The notes under the pieces are model-generated. The model searched no databases. It was not told where the DNA came from and saw only the letters and a list, made by a program, of their open reading frames with translations. A stretch of DNA of 62,857 nucleotides, counting the filler. It is 6 parts of 6 records of this genome, joined end to end, with 100 filler letters (N's around TTAATTAATTAA, not from the genome) between each part and the next. Parts side by side here need not be neighbours in the genome. Positions count along the whole stretch, not along the records: positions 56,811 to 62,857 come from DRR723986_3410; 5 more parts are not named here. One strand, given 5' to 3'. Positions 60,762-62,857 of this stretch are shown here, one piece after another (position 1 is the stretch's first letter; every line of letters starts with the position of its first letter). The position numbers were made by a program, and so were the translations under genes.

Positions 60762-61996
60762 GCCTGATCCTCGACCCATTTCGACAGTTTCGGCAGATCA
60801 ATTTTCCCCGAGCCAAGCAGCGGCAGCGCGGGGTGAAACAAGACCTGCTTGGGCGCAACCAACGGGCCAAACCGTTCGCGGCACAGCCGTTGCACTTCTG
60901 CAGCCAGATCTGCATTGGCTGGGCCTTCAAGCACTGCAATCAAACGGTGGCCGCGTACAGGATCGGGACGCGGCAGGATGGCACAGGCGGCAATTGGGGT
61001 CGCTGCACAGATCTGCGCCTCGATCTCTTCGGGAAAGACGGTCTGATCCGCGATTTGCAGCATCCGTGTCTTGCGGCCCATCAGGTATAGATGGCCCGTG
61101 CAATCAAGACGGCCCATTTCCCCAACACTGAGGAAGCCATCGCGCAGCTGTGTGTCATCGGCATGGCCCAAGGCGTAGCGCTCAAACAGATAGGGGCTGC
61201 GCACCCAAACCTCGCCAATCTGCGTGGTTTCCCGCCCAGTCTCGTCGCGAATTTGGATCGTCACACCGGGGTAGGCTTGGCCGACAGATGCAAGCGGTGT
61301 GTCCGGACTGGAAAGCGTAATAAAGCTGGTCTCGGCTGCGCCATAGAACACCCGTATCGCGGCATTGGGGCAGAGGTTCTGGACGGTCCGTGCCGTGCTG
61401 TCATCCAATGAGCCGCCGCCACAAAGGATCAACCGGATCTGAGGCAACGGCTCGTCTGATGCGCCAAGCGCCAATAAGCGCAATTGGGTAGGCGTTGCGT
61501 AAAGGATGCTGATGCGTTCTGCGGCCAAGACGGAAGCTTGCCTGCGGATCGGCACGGGGTCGAGTGCAAATGCATCAAGGCCAAGATGCAAGGCTTCCAG
61601 CACGCCATAAAGCGCGAGCGAATGGCTCAGCCTGCCCAAGACCGCGATACGGTCCTGGGCGGTATAGCCAAAAAGCCGGCGGTTGGTGTCAAAACTGTCG
61701 ATCCAACTGGATTGCCGGCGCAAGATGCCCTTCGGCTGGCCGGAAGAGCCTCCCGAAAGCGTTATGAATTGATCAGGCTCAGAGGCAAGCCCGGCCGGGT
61801 CGATACCCTCGTAAAGACAAAACCCCCGACCGCTTTGCAATGCCGCCCCAAGGGCGGGCAAGGCGTCTGCCGTGTTGGCGGCATGTATGGCGCAGAAATG
61901 CGGCGTGGGGGGGGAAACGGAGCGCGGCACAGGTTCGGCCCCGGCAAAGAGCTGCGCATCGGGGTGCCAGCGAAAACCTTGCTGATTGTGTGTCAT
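60758..61996 (-). CDS. AMP-dependent acyl-CoA synthetase-like protein
   Basis: SGGSSGQPKG, FYGAAETSF and SGKID adenylation motifs; overlaps the thiolase start. Confidence 0.85.
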   Translation of the reverse strand: MTHNQQGFRWHPDAQLFAGAEPVPRSVSPPTPHFCAIHAANTADALPALGAALQSGRGFCLYEGIDPAGLASEPDQFITLSGGSSGQPKGILRRQSSWIDSFDTNRRLFGYTAQDRIAVLGRLSHSLALYGVLEALHLGLDAFALDPVPIRRQASVLAAERISILYATPTQLRLLALGASDEPLPQIRLILCGGGSLDDSTARTVQNLCPNAAIRVFYGAAETSFITLSSPDTPLASVGQAYPGVTIQIRDETGRETTQIGEVWVRSPYLFERYALGHADDTQLRDGFLSVGEMGRLDCTGHLYLMGRKTRMLQIADQTVFPEEIEAQICAATPIAACAILPRPDPVRGHRLIAVLEGPANADLAAEVQRLCRERFGPLVAPKQVLFHPALPLLGSGKIDLPKLSKWVEDQA

Positions 61997-62125
61997 TGCG
62001 CCGCCTGTGCCTATCACTGGCGTTCCTATCAAATTGCCGGGCAAAAGGCCAAGTGTGACAATCGGGGTGTGCATCGCCTGTTTGCGCATTATGTTGACCG
62101 CAACCCAAGACCCAAAGGATAGCTG

Positions 62126-62857
62126 ATGCCCGAAACCATGCGTGCGATTGAGATCACCCAACCCGGCGGACCGGATGTTTTAAGGCCCACTGAGCGCCCG
62201 ATGCCGCAGGCAGGCCCAGGTCAGGTGGTGCTGAAGGTGGCCTTTGCCGGCGTGAACCGCCCCGATGCCCTGCAACGGGCTGGGATGTATGCGCCGCCGC
62301 CAACGGCAAGCGATTTGCCGGGGCTTGAGGCCTCCGGCGAGGTGGTTGCCCTGGGGGCTGGCGTGTCTGACCTGCGCATTGGCGATCAGGTCTGCGCGTT
62401 GCTTCCGGGTGGTGGCTATGCCGAATATGTCGCGACCCCGGCGGCGCATTGCCTGCCCGTGCCAAAGGGCATGGGGATGAAAGAGGCGGCTTGCTTGCCC
62501 GAGACGTTTTTCACGGTCTGGTCCAACGTGTTTATGCGCGGCGGGCTGAAGGCAGGTGAACGGTTTTTGGTGCATGGCGGATCATCCGGGATTGGCACGA
62601 CTGCGATCCAGCTGGCGCATGTGAAGGGCGCGCGCGTGTTTGCGACCGCTGGAACGGATGCCAAATGCGCGGCCTGCGCTGAGCTGGGGGCGGAAGCCGC
62701 GATCAACTACCGCGATATGGATTTTGTGGACGTGATGCAGGCCGAAGGCGGCGCCGATCTGATCCTTGATATGGTCGGCGGCGGGTACATTCCGCGCAAT
62801 CTCAAGGCCTTGGCCGACGATGGGCGTCTGGTGCAGATCGCGTTCCTGCAGGGGCCG
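62126..62857 (+). CDS. NAD(P)H:quinone oxidoreductase (PIG3 family), 3'-truncated
   Basis: MRAIEITQPGGPDVL, AGVNRPD, PGLEASG, PETFFTVWSN and HGGSSGIGT. Confidence 0.92.
   Translation, partial: MPETMRAIEITQPGGPDVLRPTERPMPQAGPGQVVLKVAFAGVNRPDALQRAGMYAPPPTASDLPGLEASGEVVALGAGVSDLRIGDQVCALLPGGGYAEYVATPAAHCLPVPKGMGMKEAACLPETFFTVWSNVFMRGGLKAGERFLVHGGSSGIGTTAIQLAHVKGARVFATAGTDAKCAACAELGAEAAINYRDMDFVDVMQAEGGADLILDMVGGGYIPRNLKALADDGRLVQIAFLQGP

Overview
The window is not one locus. It is six contigs joined by 100-nt artificial linkers (N44-TTAATTAATTAA-N44) at 19882-19981, 29262-29361, 35585-35684, 48690-48789 and 56711-56810, and gene content and codon style suggest several marine bacteria. (1) 1-19881, alphaproteobacterium, probably Roseibium/Labrenzia-like: ettA 5' end, a REP-like palindrome, a 2-hydroxyacid dehydrogenase, an unannotated highly structured ~300-nt non-coding element with its own sigma70-like promoter, an AmpR-type regulator with a class A beta-lactamase, split MnmC halves, cysQ-cysD-cysNC plus a UDP-glucuronate epimerase, PilZ, GST/WYL, and an AT-rich array of immunity-type genes interleaved with decayed IS3 pieces behind a candidate toxin tip. 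(2) 19982-29261, roseobacter-like: chemotaxis cluster next to a tRNA-Ser 3' end. (3) 29362-35584, GC-rich roseobacter-like: argG, epimerase, Met-rich secreted protein/msrA, ribokinase, malic enzyme. (4) 35685-48689, Marinobacter-like: the housekeeping epmA-psd-motAB-rsgA-orn-queG-nnr-tsaE-amiB-mutL-miaA block. (5) 48790-56710, Marinobacter-like: TPR-ExbB-ExbD-ExbD-TonB cluster resembling the myxobacterial Agl/Glt core, plus a CBS-PAS-GGDEF cyclase. (6) 56811-62857, roseobacter-like: rpsU/COQ9, bioMNY with an acyl-CoA ligase and an atypical thiolase, and a quinone oxidoreductase. The best candidates for something undescribed are the orphan structured RNA at ~2170-2500 (architecture reminiscent of IS110 non-coding 'bridge RNA' ends but with no transposase), the IS3-interleaved polyimmunity array at 16380-19881, and the Agl/Glt-like envelope machine. 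All family assignments come from motifs read by eye and from recall; no database searches were run.
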